DNA from: a bacterium
Lineage (GTDB): Bacteria; Ratteibacteria; UBA8468; B48-G9; DSTR01
Assembly: GCA_029551285.1 (NCBI GenBank)
Contig: JAKPFT010000018.1
Coordinates: 6,584 to 70,583 of the forward strand
Length of the DNA: 64,000 bases
Reading direction: 5' to 3'
Position 1 is the stretch's first letter. Each line of letters starts with the position of its first letter. The notes under the pieces are model-generated. The model saw only the letters and a program-made list of their open reading frames with translations. It made no database searches and was not told the DNA's origin. This document shows, piece after piece, positions 1-9,759 of this stretch. Both the position numbers and the translations under genes were made by a program.

Positions 1-1781
1 TGGCGAAAACAGATTTTCTGCCAGTTTCTCGGGAGGAGATGCTATCCCTGGGCTGGCGGGGGATAGACATTCTTCTGGTCTCCGGCGATGCTTATGTGGA
101 CCATCCCTCTTTTGGGGTGGCGGTGATTGCCCGGGTGCTGGAGGCAGCAGGGTATCGGGTAGCCATCCTGCCGCAGCCAGACTGGCGTTCCCGGGAAGAA
201 TTTCTTCAGTTTGGCAGGCCGAGGCTTTTTGTCGGTATTACCGCGGGCAACCTTGATTCTATGCTGGCTCACTACACCGCCGCTCGTGTTCCCAGAAAGG
301 TGGATGAGTATTCCCCTGGTGGGCTACCTAAAAAAAGGCCTGACCGGGCCTGTCTCGTCTATGCTAACCGCATCCGGGAATGTTTCCCTGGCATCCCCAT
401 TGTGTTGGGCGGGATTGAAGCCTCATTAAGGCGGCTGGCTCACTACGATTACTGGTCAGATTCGGTGCGGCGCTCCATTCTTGTGGACAGCCGGGCAAAC
501 TGGATTGCCTACGGCATGGCAGAAAAGGCAGTCCTTGAAATTGCCCGGCGGCTGGCTGAAGGTGAATCTCCGGAGAGTATCAGGGAAGTACCGGGAACGG
601 TCTGGGTTAGCCCGACAGCGTCTGGCCTGCCGGCAGAAAGTGTTTTCCTTCCTTCTGAAGAGGAGGTAAGGGAAAATAAGAACTCTTTTGCAGAAGCCTT
701 TCGTCTATGGTACCAGCAGTTAGACCCCCGCCGGGCAAAGCCGGTGGTTCAGGGTTCAGCCAATCGCTACCTGGTTCAGATGCCTCCTCCTATGCCCTTG
801 AGTCCGGAAGAATTAGACAGGATTTACAGCCTGCCTTTCACCAGGAAGGCCCATCCCGTTTACCAGAGACAGGGTGGTGTGCCGGCGCTGACCACAGTAG
901 CCACTTCAATTACCGCCCATCGGGGTTGCCCTGGTGGTTGCGCCTTCTGTTCTCTGGCGCTCCACCAGGGAAGATTGGTTCAGAGCCGGTCAGCCGAATC
1001 GCTGTGTGCCGAAGCAGACTATCTCAGCCGGCAGAAAGATTTTCGCGGGACCATCAGTGATGTTGGCGGTCCCACGGCCAATGTCTACGGTGCCAGGTGT
1101 CTCCTGAAAGAAGGAGTTTGTTTCCGGGAAAGCTGTCTTTATCCGACCAGGTGCCGGTATCTTTTTCTGGATGGTGGCCGGCATCTCTCTGTCCTCAAGC
1201 AGGTGGCCTGCCGGCCAGGGGTCAAACACGTTTTTGTGGGTACCGGAATTCGGCATGACCTTGTTCTGATAGACAGGTGCCAGGATTATCTTATGGAACT
1301 CTGTCGTTACCATGTGAGCGGGCATCTCAAGGTGGCTCCAGAGCACATTGCCCGGCCGGTCCTGTCCTGCATGCGGAAAAGTTATCCCGAAACCTTTGAA
1401 GAGTTTCGGGAAAAATTTAAGAGAGCCGCGGCTACAGTTAACCGAGAACTCTATCTCACACCCTACTTCATGTCCGGCCATCCAGCCTGCCGGCTGGAGC
1501 ACATGCTGGAACTGGCGGAATATCTCCACCGGCTGGGATTTTTTGTGGAGCAGGTGCAGGACTTTATTCCTCTGCCGATGACCCTTTCGGCCTGTATTTT
1601 CTGGACAGGTTTTGACCCGCTCACCGGAGAGCCTGTCTATTGCTGCCGCGGCCAGGAAAAAAACCTTCAACGGGCATTGTTGCAGCCGGCTGACCCTAAG
1701 AACAGGAAAAAACTTGAGCCGCTGCTTCAGAAAACAGGAAAAATGTATCTTTTGAAACGGAAGGCCCGCCGTGTTTCCTGA
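1..1781 (+). CDS. YgiQ/UPF0313-family radical SAM protein (start just upstream of the window edge)
   Basis: GDAYVDHPSFG N-terminus, GGIEASLRR, radical SAM CxxxCxxC motif (GCPGGCAFC), DVGGPTAN, HVSGHLKVAPEH. The frame is open back to position 3 (AKTDFLPVSREEM), and positions 1-2 'TG' look like the end of the start codon. Confidence 0.9.
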   Translation, partial: AKTDFLPVSREEMLSLGWRGIDILLVSGDAYVDHPSFGVAVIARVLEAAGYRVAILPQPDWRSREEFLQFGRPRLFVGITAGNLDSMLAHYTAARVPRKVDEYSPGGLPKKRPDRACLVYANRIRECFPGIPIVLGGIEASLRRLAHYDYWSDSVRRSILVDSRANWIAYGMAEKAVLEIARRLAEGESPESIREVPGTVWVSPTASGLPAESVFLPSEEEVRENKNSFAEAFRLWYQQLDPRRAKPVVQGSANRYLVQMPPPMPLSPEELDRIYSLPFTRKAHPVYQRQGGVPALTTVATSITAHRGCPGGCAFCSLALHQGRLVQSRSAESLCAEADYLSRQKDFRGTISDVGGPTANVYGARCLLKEGVCFRESCLYPTRCRYLFLDGGRHLSVLKQVACRPGVKHVFVGTGIRHDLVLIDRCQDYLMELCRYHVSGHLKVAPEHIARPVLSCMRKSYPETFEEFREKFKRAAATVNRELYLTPYFMSGHPACRLEHMLELAEYLHRLGFFVEQVQDFIPLPMTLSACIFWTGFDPLTGEPVYCCRGQEKNLQRALLQPADPKNRKKLEPLLQKTGKMYLLKRKARRVS

Positions 1782-1834
1782 GAAAATTACATCAGGTGAC
1801 TTTTCGGTCCAGCACTGGCAGCCCGGGAAAATAG

Positions 1835-1864
1835 TTGACGGTGAAAGTCCTGCCGTGCTAAAAT
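1835..1864 (+). promoter_or_regulatory. sigma70-type promoter for the pilin-headed cluster
   Basis: TTGACG (1835-1840), 18-nt spacer, TG-n-TAAAAT (1859-1864), then a G-rich SD before ATG 1886. Confidence 0.6.
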
Positions 1865-1885
1865 ATTCAGCAAAAAGGGGGGGAT

Positions 1886-2671
1886 ATGCAGAGAAAGGGT
1901 TTTATCAGGTCTGCTTCTGGAAGGTCTGGCTTTACCCTGATTGAGCTTCTGGTAGTCGTGGCGATTATTGCGATTTTAGCGGCCATGCTTTTACCGGCTT
2001 TAAGTCTGGCCAGAGAGAAAGCCAGGATGTCTCTCTGCATGAGTAACCTGAGGCAGCTGGGGCTTGCCTTTGCCATGTACTGGCAGGATTATGACGATAA
2101 TTTCCCCTGGGTATGGCATCCGGAGAATTACAACAACGGCCCCTTCTGGTTCGGGGCCATCGCGGTTTATACCGGAGTGGTGAAACAGCCGGTGACCAGT
2201 TCCAGCTGGGTTCCTCCTTACAGCAGTCCTTTTTACTGCCCGACTTTTCTGCCGCTGGTGAAAAAGTATTATCCCGGGACAGGGTATGCTCCCAATGGCA
2301 ATGCCCGCTGGTTCATTGGTTACGGGATTTCCGTTTATGACAGGGGTGCCGGCGGTCACCCAGGAATCAGGCCACCCTGGAAATTGTCAAAGGTGACCAA
2401 GCCTTCGGAAACGATGTTATTGACAGAGGTGGCCGGCAGTAGCATCAGCGTCGTCTGCTGCGGGTATAACGATGCCAGAAATTTCCGAAGACACGGCCGC
2501 AACGCCACCTTGAGCAATGTCTATTACGGCGGACCAGGTTTACAGTTAGGTTGCAACATCTTATTTGTAGATGGCACGGTGCGCTACTTTCCGGACGGAG
2601 ACAGCCTGTGGAACCAGTGGCGGTACGGACCCAATACCAAGTATCCTTTCACCTTAGGTTATTACCGGTAG
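1886..2671 (+). CDS. Prepilin-type N-terminal cleavage/methylation domain protein (DUF1559/SBP_bac_10-like)
   Basis: G|[30 protein letters not shown]...C.SNLRQ N-terminus, FYCP, and C-terminal RH...NILFVDG. Confidence 0.9.
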   Translation: MQRKGFIRSASGRSGFTLIELLVVVAIIAILAAMLLPALSLAREKARMSLCMSNLRQLGLAFAMYWQDYDDNFPWVWHPENYNNGPFWFGAIAVYTGVVKQPVTSSSWVPPYSSPFYCPTFLPLVKKYYPGTGYAPNGNARWFIGYGISVYDRGAGGHPGIRPPWKLSKVTKPSETMLLTEVAGSSISVVCCGYNDARNFRRHGRNATLSNVYYGGPGLQLGCNILFVDGTVRYFPDGDSLWNQWRYGPNTKYPFTLGYYR

Positions 2672-2674
2672 TGG

Positions 2675-3433
2675 ATGAAAAAGTTCCTTCTCCACGGCGG
2701 ATTGTGTGTGATCTTGCTGGTGCTGGCTGGTTGTGACTGGAGTGACCAACAGGCTGACCGGAAAGCTGAAAAAAGTGATATTGAACTGACGGCAGAGTAT
2801 CTGGCAGATAAGTGGACGGTGGCGTACCTTCACCTTTATTGCGATTTGCCAGATTTTTATTTTGTGCCGCTGGAGGAAATGACTGAATTTGATTCCAGAA
2901 TAGTAAGAATCTGGGACAAAGGAGACCTTACCCGGGGTCGGTGTGAAAAGGAACTGAGAAGAAAACTGTCTGATAGAAAACTTGCTGAATACTGGCACGG
3001 TCCGTACATGGTCTGTCCCATTCCCGGAAGAACTTGCTGGATTGGCCGACACCCGGTCAAAGATGCCACCAGGGATATCTGGGGAAGAAGATACCGGATG
3101 TTCTATTACACTTTTCAGGATGTGTCCCGGCCGACGGAAACGGAAAAAAGGTTAATACCTTCCGGGGAAAAAGGCGTGATGATTCTGCTTTCCGGTGGTC
3201 CTGACGGCCGTCTGCAGTCCTGCGCCAGTGACAAAAGCGACCGAAAAAGCATGCTCACGACAGCCCCGGAAGTGGAGAGAGCCAACCACACCCATTTCCG
3301 GAATTTTGAACCGTTTCATCCCGGGATTGAAGAACCTGACCCTTTTGCCGTGCTGTCAGAAGGAAAACTGAAGGAGATGAAGGATAAAGCGCTGAAAGAC
3401 TACCAGGATTTTCTCAGGAAGGAGGGACGATGA
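2675..3433 (+). CDS. Putative lipoprotein with GspG/pseudopilin-like C-terminal motifs
   Basis: Signal peptide ending in the lipobox LAGC. Internal DIWGRRYR...ILLSGGPDG resembles the DPWG..Y...S.GPDG motif of T2SS GspG. Confidence 0.6.
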   Translation: MKKFLLHGGLCVILLVLAGCDWSDQQADRKAEKSDIELTAEYLADKWTVAYLHLYCDLPDFYFVPLEEMTEFDSRIVRIWDKGDLTRGRCEKELRRKLSDRKLAEYWHGPYMVCPIPGRTCWIGRHPVKDATRDIWGRRYRMFYYTFQDVSRPTETEKRLIPSGEKGVMILLSGGPDGRLQSCASDKSDRKSMLTTAPEVERANHTHFRNFEPFHPGIEEPDPFAVLSEGKLKEMKDKALKDYQDFLRKEGR

Positions 3434-5883
3434 AACTTGAGATAGCCTTAGCCGTGGTTTTGCTGAGTTGCTGGCTAACCCAGGCGCAGGTGGTGCTGGT
3501 GAAGGATGGCCAGCCGAAAAGTGCTATTGTTATTGCCACCAGGGCGAAGAAGGCGGCTTCCCTGGCGGCCCGGGAGCTGCAGTACCATCTCAAACTTATT
3601 ACTGGAGCAGAGGTGCCCATTGTCCGGGAAGGCGAAAAGGTGGTCGGAGTAAAAATTCTGGTGGGGGAAAGTGACGAGACAGAAAAACTAAAATTAGGGC
3701 AAGGGCTGAAAGGGCAGGAATATCTGATTAAGTTTCTCCCCGGCACAATTGTTCTTTTAGGGAAAGACCAGGACGATTACGGAGAAGTAAACTACGGCCA
3801 GGACAATCCTTCAGCGTGGAAAACCTGGCCTGGCTTGTTCCAGCCGCAGGGCACTTTATACGCTGTTTACGACTTTCTGGAAAGATGTTGCGGGGTGAGA
3901 TGGTTTAACCCCACCGACACCGGCACTTTTTATCCAGAAAGGAAAACCCTGACAGTGAAGGCTACTGACCTGAAAAGAGAACCCTTCTTCCTTTACCGGG
4001 AAATTTATCCGGGTATGGCTGTGCTGGACAGATATGACTGGAGCGTTTCCGGTCTCTGGAAGGGAAATTTCAATCCGGCTGACCCGGATTATCAGGAATG
4101 GGAAAAAACTGCCTATCAGTCACTCCAGGAAAAGTTTACCAGGCCCAATGAATATGTAGAAGCCCGGAGGGGCCGAATCAAACTTTTCCTTCACCGGATG
4201 AGACTGGGCGGAGAAAAAAGGGTAGCCAACCATTCCCTCTACCACTACTACAAAGAGTATCCGCCAGAAAAGTATCCGGAAATCTGGGCCAAGGGTTATG
4301 AAGGTGTCCCGACCCAGCTTTGCTACACCAGTGAAAAACTGATTGAACTGGTCAGTAAAGAGGCGGAAGAATATTTCAAACTGCCTGAAGAACAGAGAAG
4401 ATGGGGACCCAATGTTTTCGCGGTGGAACCGATGGACAACCGGGCCTTCTGCCGCTGTGAAAAATGTCAGGAACTGATTAAGAGAGGCAAGGTTTACGGT
4501 CACTATTCTTCCGGGGAGCACAGTGAATACCATTTTTATTTCGTCAATGAAATTGCCAGGAGGTTGCGGAAAACCAATCCTGACAAGATGGTTATTACCC
4601 TGGCTTACGCTTCCCACGCCAAGTATCCGGAGACGATAAAACTGGAACCGAACATTGAAGTGATGTTCTGTTTTGCCGCGAATAGAAGTCCCTTTTCCGA
4701 TGGTTACCAGCACGAACTGAACCTGCTGAAGGAATGGGCAGAAAAATCCAGACAGGAGAAGAGACCACTATCCCTCTGGCTTTATTACACCTTTCCCAAA
4801 GAATCAGCCGATAACGGCAACTACTACTGCTTCCCCGGGTTTTTTGCCCACGCCATTGACAGCCAGTTCAAACTCTTCCACCAGTACGGTATCCGAGGCG
4901 TTTTTCACTGCGGCTATGGTCAGGAGGTGGAGGCTTATGTCACCTACCGGTTGATGCTTGACCCGCAGGAAAAACTGGAGAAAATCCTGGATGATTACTT
5001 CTCCAGTCTTTACGGCCAGGCCGCCGGAGAAATGAAAGGTATCTATCAGTTGATTGAGCAGACATACACCGACCGGAAAAACCATCCGGAAGGAGTTTCC
5101 AATGCTGAGGCTGCGTACAGATACATGGGAACGAAAGAGAGGATGGAGAAAATTAGAGAGTTGATGGAGAAGGCTAAAAGCAAAGCCCGGACGGAGCGGG
5201 AGAAGAAAAACATCAAACTGTTTGACTGCGCCATCTTCAGATACATGGAAAAAGGCTATCAGGTTTACCAGTTAGCCTCTTCCCTGCCCATGCTGGAGAT
5301 AGGCGTTCCCGGAGTAGAAAAAGTCACGGATATAAAAACCATTGACTGGAGCAAAGGGAAGAAGATTGGACCATGGTATGAGCGGGGAACCAATACCGCC
5401 ACAGAACGGAAACTGGAAGGATTTGTTTTGCACGACGGTGAAAATCTCTACTTTAAACTGGTAGATTACTGTGAGGGAGAAAATCTGGTGTCTTCTTCCA
5501 TTATTTTCCCGGCTGATGACTGGGAGATTTTCCTGGCCAGGCAACGCGGTCTGCCTTACCGGCAGATTGCTTTCAGTCCCGCAGGCTTGATTGTGGTGCT
5601 CTCCAACGGTGAGATTAACTTCCGGCGCAATGTCACCATTGAGGAGCACGGAGTGAAGGTCTGGCCACAGGTGGAAAAAAATTGCTGGACCAGCGTGGTG
5701 AAGATACCGCTGAAGGATGTCTCCCTGGAAGGTTACAAGCCAGGAGAAAAACTTTATTTGAACATCGTCAGGGTTTCCTCAGGCAAGGTCAACAGGAAAA
5801 ATACCCTGGGGATAGAAACCCTGGTGCCTTTTTCCAGTGTGCACCAGCTGGAAAGGCTGGCAGAAGTGAGACTGGAAAATTGA
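3430..5883 (+). CDS. Secreted DUF4838-domain protein with C-terminal CBM9-like sugar-binding domain
   Basis: Signal peptide, GH20/GH67-like N-domain (AARELQYHLKLITGAEVPIV...GTLYAVYDFLE...GVRW), QLCYTS, EPMD...CRCEKC and LAY motifs typical of DUF4838. GGAGG SD, overlapping the upstream stop. Confidence 0.8.
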   Translation: MKLEIALAVVLLSCWLTQAQVVLVKDGQPKSAIVIATRAKKAASLAARELQYHLKLITGAEVPIVREGEKVVGVKILVGESDETEKLKLGQGLKGQEYLIKFLPGTIVLLGKDQDDYGEVNYGQDNPSAWKTWPGLFQPQGTLYAVYDFLERCCGVRWFNPTDTGTFYPERKTLTVKATDLKREPFFLYREIYPGMAVLDRYDWSVSGLWKGNFNPADPDYQEWEKTAYQSLQEKFTRPNEYVEARRGRIKLFLHRMRLGGEKRVANHSLYHYYKEYPPEKYPEIWAKGYEGVPTQLCYTSEKLIELVSKEAEEYFKLPEEQRRWGPNVFAVEPMDNRAFCRCEKCQELIKRGKVYGHYSSGEHSEYHFYFVNEIARRLRKTNPDKMVITLAYASHAKYPETIKLEPNIEVMFCFAANRSPFSDGYQHELNLLKEWAEKSRQEKRPLSLWLYYTFPKESADNGNYYCFPGFFAHAIDSQFKLFHQYGIRGVFHCGYGQEVEAYVTYRLMLDPQEKLEKILDDYFSSLYGQAAGEMKGIYQLIEQTYTDRKNHPEGVSNAEAAYRYMGTKERMEKIRELMEKAKSKARTEREKKNIKLFDCAIFRYMEKGYQVYQLASSLPMLEIGVPGVEKVTDIKTIDWSKGKKIGPWYERGTNTATERKLEGFVLHDGENLYFKLVDYCEGENLVSSSIIFPADDWEIFLARQRGLPYRQIAFSPAGLIVVLSNGEINFRRNVTIEEHGVKVWPQVEKNCWTSVVKIPLKDVSLEGYKPGEKLYLNIVRVSSGKVNRKNTLGIETLVPFSSVHQLERLAEVRLEN

Positions 5884-8800
5884 ACGTGAGGAAAAGAGCA
5901 GTTCTTGGCTTTCTGTTTTCCCTGGCCGGCCTGGCTGTTTCCGGCGGCTACCAGTCAGACCTTGTCTTCTGGAAACCGCTTCAGGCTTCTCCAGGGACCC
6001 TGGCGCTGCTGCACTTTGACTCAAAAAACGACGACCAGGCAGATTTCTTCCAGGATGCCTCAACTGACCAGGTGAAACTGGAAGTAGCCGGAAAGGCAAA
6101 GCAAGTCCCGGGTAAATTCGGTTCGGCTTTATCCCTCAGCGAAGGTTCCGTGAAAGTCTTTCTGGCCAGGCCCCTGGCATATGAGTTTTCCTGGATGAGT
6201 TCAGCGCCGCAGTTTTCCGGCGAGGCCTGGGTTTACCTGGAAAGATACCCGGAAAAAGAAGGCGTCATTTTCCAGCAGCCATTCCAGGCCAATCAGCGCA
6301 ATGGATGGTGTCTGAAGGTGACCCGGGACGGGGCAGTGGTGATGACCTGGAAGCGTCACGGGGGTCTTCAGAAGGAGATGCAGGTAACCACTCCGGCCGG
6401 CACGGTTAAACTGAAAACCTGGGTTCATCTGGCCGGCCTTTTCCGACACGGTCAGCATGCGGCCATCTATGTGAATGGCGAAGAGAAGGGCACGACCCTT
6501 TTTCTCAGCAAGTGGGGCCAGAATGAAGCCCCGGCTGTGGAAAAGCATCCTGGTTTTCTCTACCTGGGAAACAGTGAGCCGGGTGACAGTCTTTTCCCCG
6601 GCTACCTGGATGAGGTCAGGTTCTCCACAGACATAGTCTATCTTTTTCCCAGGCCAGCAAATTCCTGGTGCGACCCGGAAAAAGCCAGACCTCTGATTCT
6701 GGGTAAACCGTATACGCCGGACCGGGAAGAGATTACTCTTTATGTTGATGCGGAAACGCCGGAACTTATCTCCTTCTCCAGGAAAGAAGGACTGAAAGCC
6801 GTTTTCAATAAGAATCTCCCGGTGAGCCTTGGAAAGGGCGTCAGAGGCAACGGTTTTACCGGAGCGGTGGCGTTTCCCCAGGAAGGTATCCTGAACCGGA
6901 AGCAAGGAGCCTTAGAGTTCTGGTTTGCGCCGGTTAACTGGTCTAACGGTCAGTCCTTTCATCTGGGTATTTTTGGGGGACCTTTTAGCGTTTATGTTTT
7001 CAATACCGGCGTTGTCCACGCTCCCTGGGTGCCAGTTGTGGCCTATTTCAGGGACACCAGTCATTTTCCCTTTCACGGACTTTTTTCTCCGGAAAAGTGG
7101 GAACACCTGATAGTTTGCTGGCAGGACGACGAAGTGACCACCTATGTCAATGGTAAACTTTCAGCCAGCGGACAACTGACCGGTGGAACTTTTGAGCAAG
7201 TGGCTGGTCCCTGGCCCCTGAATTTCAACCAGTACGCCGCTTCCAACTGGTTTGACGAGATTTTTGTTTACAACCGGCCACTTTCTCCTGAGGAAGTGAG
7301 CAACTGCTACTGGCGCTACCGGGACCCTTCTCGCCTGAAACCGCTTCTTCCGGTGGAGGCAGACGTCAGTTACCTTCAGGGGGCAAAGATGCTTCTTTTC
7401 CGCGTGCTGCGGGGAAAGGAATCAGCCGACCACTACGCCGTGGAAGTAAGGAGGAAAACCGGTCAGGCAGTCTATTCGGGAAGGGTCAGGAACTTTTCCG
7501 GGGATGCCTGGGAGACAGAAGTTTTGCCTGAACTGACTGACGGAGACTATACCGCGACCATCAAGTTTTTCTCCGGAGAAAAAAAGGTTCTGGCCAGCCA
7601 GACAAAGGACTTCTTGGTGAAACATTTTCCCTGGGAAGGAAACAGTATCGGTAAGGAACCGATTATCATTCCTCCCTATCAGCCGCTGGTCATTCAGGGC
7701 CATAAGGTCAGCCCCTGGGGAAGAACCATTACCTTCAACAACAACGGTCTTCCGGAAAGCATCATCTCCCAGAATCAGGAAATCCTGGCCCGTCCGATTA
7801 ACCTGGTGGCTTACACAGGAGACAGGGAAATCTTCCTTCAGGGAGAAAATCTCAGGTTGAAGGACACACCGGGATTGCGGGTAACCAATATGCCGGAATA
7901 CCTGAAGCCGCCTCTGACCGGTGCAGTGCCCCCTCTGCAGCTGGCGAAAAGTTCCGGGTATCAGGCCGAAGTCTCTGCTCAGGGCAGACTGGGTGACCTT
8001 AAGGTAGAAGTTAGCGGCAGAGTGGATTATGACGGGTGGTACCAGTTTAAGGTGAAACTCCAGCCGGGGAAAGAACCGGTGGCCGTCAGGGCGCTGGAAC
8101 TGGTCATCCCTTTAGTTCCAGAGGCCGATACTCTTTACGCCCAGGTCCTTGACCGCTCCCTTGACCCCAGCGGATATGTTAATTCTTCAGGCGAGTTCGG
8201 CGGCATTCCCCGGAAAGAAGGCTGGAGCTGGAACAGCCTGATTTTGAAAAGGAAGCACCGGTGGAAAAGTTTTGTCCCGCAGGTTTTTGTGGGGACAGGC
8301 GAGTACGGTCTCTGGTGGCTGGCGGAAAGTGCGGACGGCTGGGTTTTGGCCGATGATGAGCCCTGCGTTACAGTCAAAAGGTATCCGGCAGAAGTAAGGC
8401 TGACGCTGAAGATTATCGCCGCACCCACCCTGATTTCCGGGGAACGGGTTTTTGAGGCGGCACTTTTGCCGGTTCCAGTGAAACCCATGGTGGCCAGGTG
8501 GCGAGAGATTGGCTGGATGCAGGGGAAAGCGAGCAAGAACTACTACAGCCACGACACCTGTGGCTACCGGTACTGGGGTGACAGTGTAGACTCTTTCGCC
8601 CTGCCTTCAGAGCAGGATTATCAAAAACTGGCATCTTTCCTGTGGGACCCCGTGAAGGTAAATCCTTATTACTCCTGGTATCCTAACCAGGGCATTAGGG
8701 ATGGTGTGCCTCATGTTCTTTACGGCAGTACCTGGATGACCGGGCTGGGCATGGAAGAATTCAAGTACTATGGCCGGGAATGGTTGGGAAAGGAAAACTG

Positions 8801-9755
8801 GAAGCCGGTGCCGGACCTGACCTTTGAGGGGGTACCAAATTATGGTAACAGTTGTCGCTGGACCACGCCGGAGCAATTGACAGCCTCCGGGGTAAACTTC
8901 AATTCTTCCTTTGGGGACTGCTTCATCTGGTACCACCAGCGTCTTCTGAAAAACTGTCCGGTAAATGGTACCTGGTGGGATAACTCTTCCATCGGCCTGA
9001 TTACCGAATATGTGCCGGGCCGGGGACAGGTGGAACTCTGGAATACCTTCCGTCGTCGGGAACTTACCCGGAGGCTGGCGGTTATGTCTTACTTAGCCGG
9101 CCGGCGGCCCTGGTGGTTGCAGAACATGCATGTGGATTTTTCCTGGTGCCAGGTGGGCTGGCATATTGAAAATGACTTCTACATCCAGGGAAAGTCAAAG
9201 GACCTGATTGACCAGTTAGGTATTGATAAGTTTCGCGCATTAACCCGGACCAAAGGCGGCCTTCTACCCCAGTTACATTCCAACATGCCGGAGCAGTTCA
9301 CTCCGGAAGAGAAAATCCAAGCAGCCAGGACAATTATCGGTCTGGCTCTTCTCCACGACATTGGCCAGCGAGGTTTGCCTGATTACAAGCCAGTATTCAA
9401 AGAACTTCTGGAAAAAACTGTGGGCCAGATGGAAAAGGAAATCGGGTTTTTCTCCGAGGAGGTCACTTTTGTTCCTTACTGGAGACAGAAGGTGGTATCC
9501 CTTCCGGAAAATGTTTACGCCTCTTTCTTTATCAACCGGGGAAAGGCGGTGGCTGTACTGGTCAACGCCGGAGACGGTGAAGTCTCTTTCTCCTCACTAC
9601 ACTTCAATCCGCAACCACTGGGACTAAACAGCGCTGGCCGGGTCAGCCACCTGGAGAGCGGCCATCCGTTAACTACCAGTCAGACTTCATCCGGTTTTTC
9701 TCTTCCTGACTTAAAGTTGCAGCGCCACCAGGTGCTGCTTCTTCTCCTTCAGTAG
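5880..9755 (+). CDS. Large secreted LamG-domain / DUF6067-like putative glycoside hydrolase
   Basis: Likely start TTG 5880 (or GTG 5886) overlapping the upstream TGA, followed by a signal peptide. Two LamG-like segments (GKFGSAL, WVHLAG, GYLDEVRFS; WEHLIVCW, DEIFVYNRPLS) precede a DUF6067-like region (DYDG, PVKPM, GTWWDN). Confidence 0.75.
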   Translation: MNVRKRAVLGFLFSLAGLAVSGGYQSDLVFWKPLQASPGTLALLHFDSKNDDQADFFQDASTDQVKLEVAGKAKQVPGKFGSALSLSEGSVKVFLARPLAYEFSWMSSAPQFSGEAWVYLERYPEKEGVIFQQPFQANQRNGWCLKVTRDGAVVMTWKRHGGLQKEMQVTTPAGTVKLKTWVHLAGLFRHGQHAAIYVNGEEKGTTLFLSKWGQNEAPAVEKHPGFLYLGNSEPGDSLFPGYLDEVRFSTDIVYLFPRPANSWCDPEKARPLILGKPYTPDREEITLYVDAETPELISFSRKEGLKAVFNKNLPVSLGKGVRGNGFTGAVAFPQEGILNRKQGALEFWFAPVNWSNGQSFHLGIFGGPFSVYVFNTGVVHAPWVPVVAYFRDTSHFPFHGLFSPEKWEHLIVCWQDDEVTTYVNGKLSASGQLTGGTFEQVAGPWPLNFNQYAASNWFDEIFVYNRPLSPEEVSNCYWRYRDPSRLKPLLPVEADVSYLQGAKMLLFRVLRGKESADHYAVEVRRKTGQAVYSGRVRNFSGDAWETEVLPELTDGDYTATIKFFSGEKKVLASQTKDFLVKHFPWEGNSIGKEPIIIPPYQPLVIQGHKVSPWGRTITFNNNGLPESIISQNQEILARPINLVAYTGDREIFLQGENLRLKDTPGLRVTNMPEYLKPPLTGAVPPLQLAKSSGYQAEVSAQGRLGDLKVEVSGRVDYDGWYQFKVKLQPGKEPVAVRALELVIPLVPEADTLYAQVLDRSLDPSGYVNSSGEFGGIPRKEGWSWNSLILKRKHRWKSFVPQVFVGTGEYGLWWLAESADGWVLADDEPCVTVKRYPAEVRLTLKIIAAPTLISGERVFEAALLPVPVKPMVARWREIGWMQGKASKNYYSHDTCGYRYWGDSVDSFALPSEQDYQKLASFLWDPVKVNPYYSWYPNQGIRDGVPHVLYGSTWMTGLGMEEFKYYGREWLGKENWKPVPDLTFEGVPNYGNSCRWTTPEQLTASGVNFNSSFGDCFIWYHQRLLKNCPVNGTWWDNSSIGLITEYVPGRGQVELWNTFRRRELTRRLAVMSYLAGRRPWWLQNMHVDFSWCQVGWHIENDFYIQGKSKDLIDQLGIDKFRALTRTKGGLLPQLHSNMPEQFTPEEKIQAARTIIGLALLHDIGQRGLPDYKPVFKELLEKTVGQMEKEIGFFSEEVTFVPYWRQKVVSLPENVYASFFINRGKAVAVLVNAGDGEVSFSSLHFNPQPLGLNSAGRVSHLESGHPLTTSQTSSGFSLPDLKLQRHQVLLLLLQ

Positions 9756-9759
9756 CTGG

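Noticed and set aside
1-1781. Radical SAM gene as the anaerobic sulfatase maturase
   Set aside because: The motifs are YgiQ/UPF0313-type, with no SPASM cysteine cluster.
5682-5879. ORF-track N-terminal extensions (5682, 18352, 19064, 24458, 28771, 35541, 37870, 56590)
   Set aside because: They overlap neighbouring genes, the tRNA or promoters. Downstream starts have better SD and signal-peptide context.
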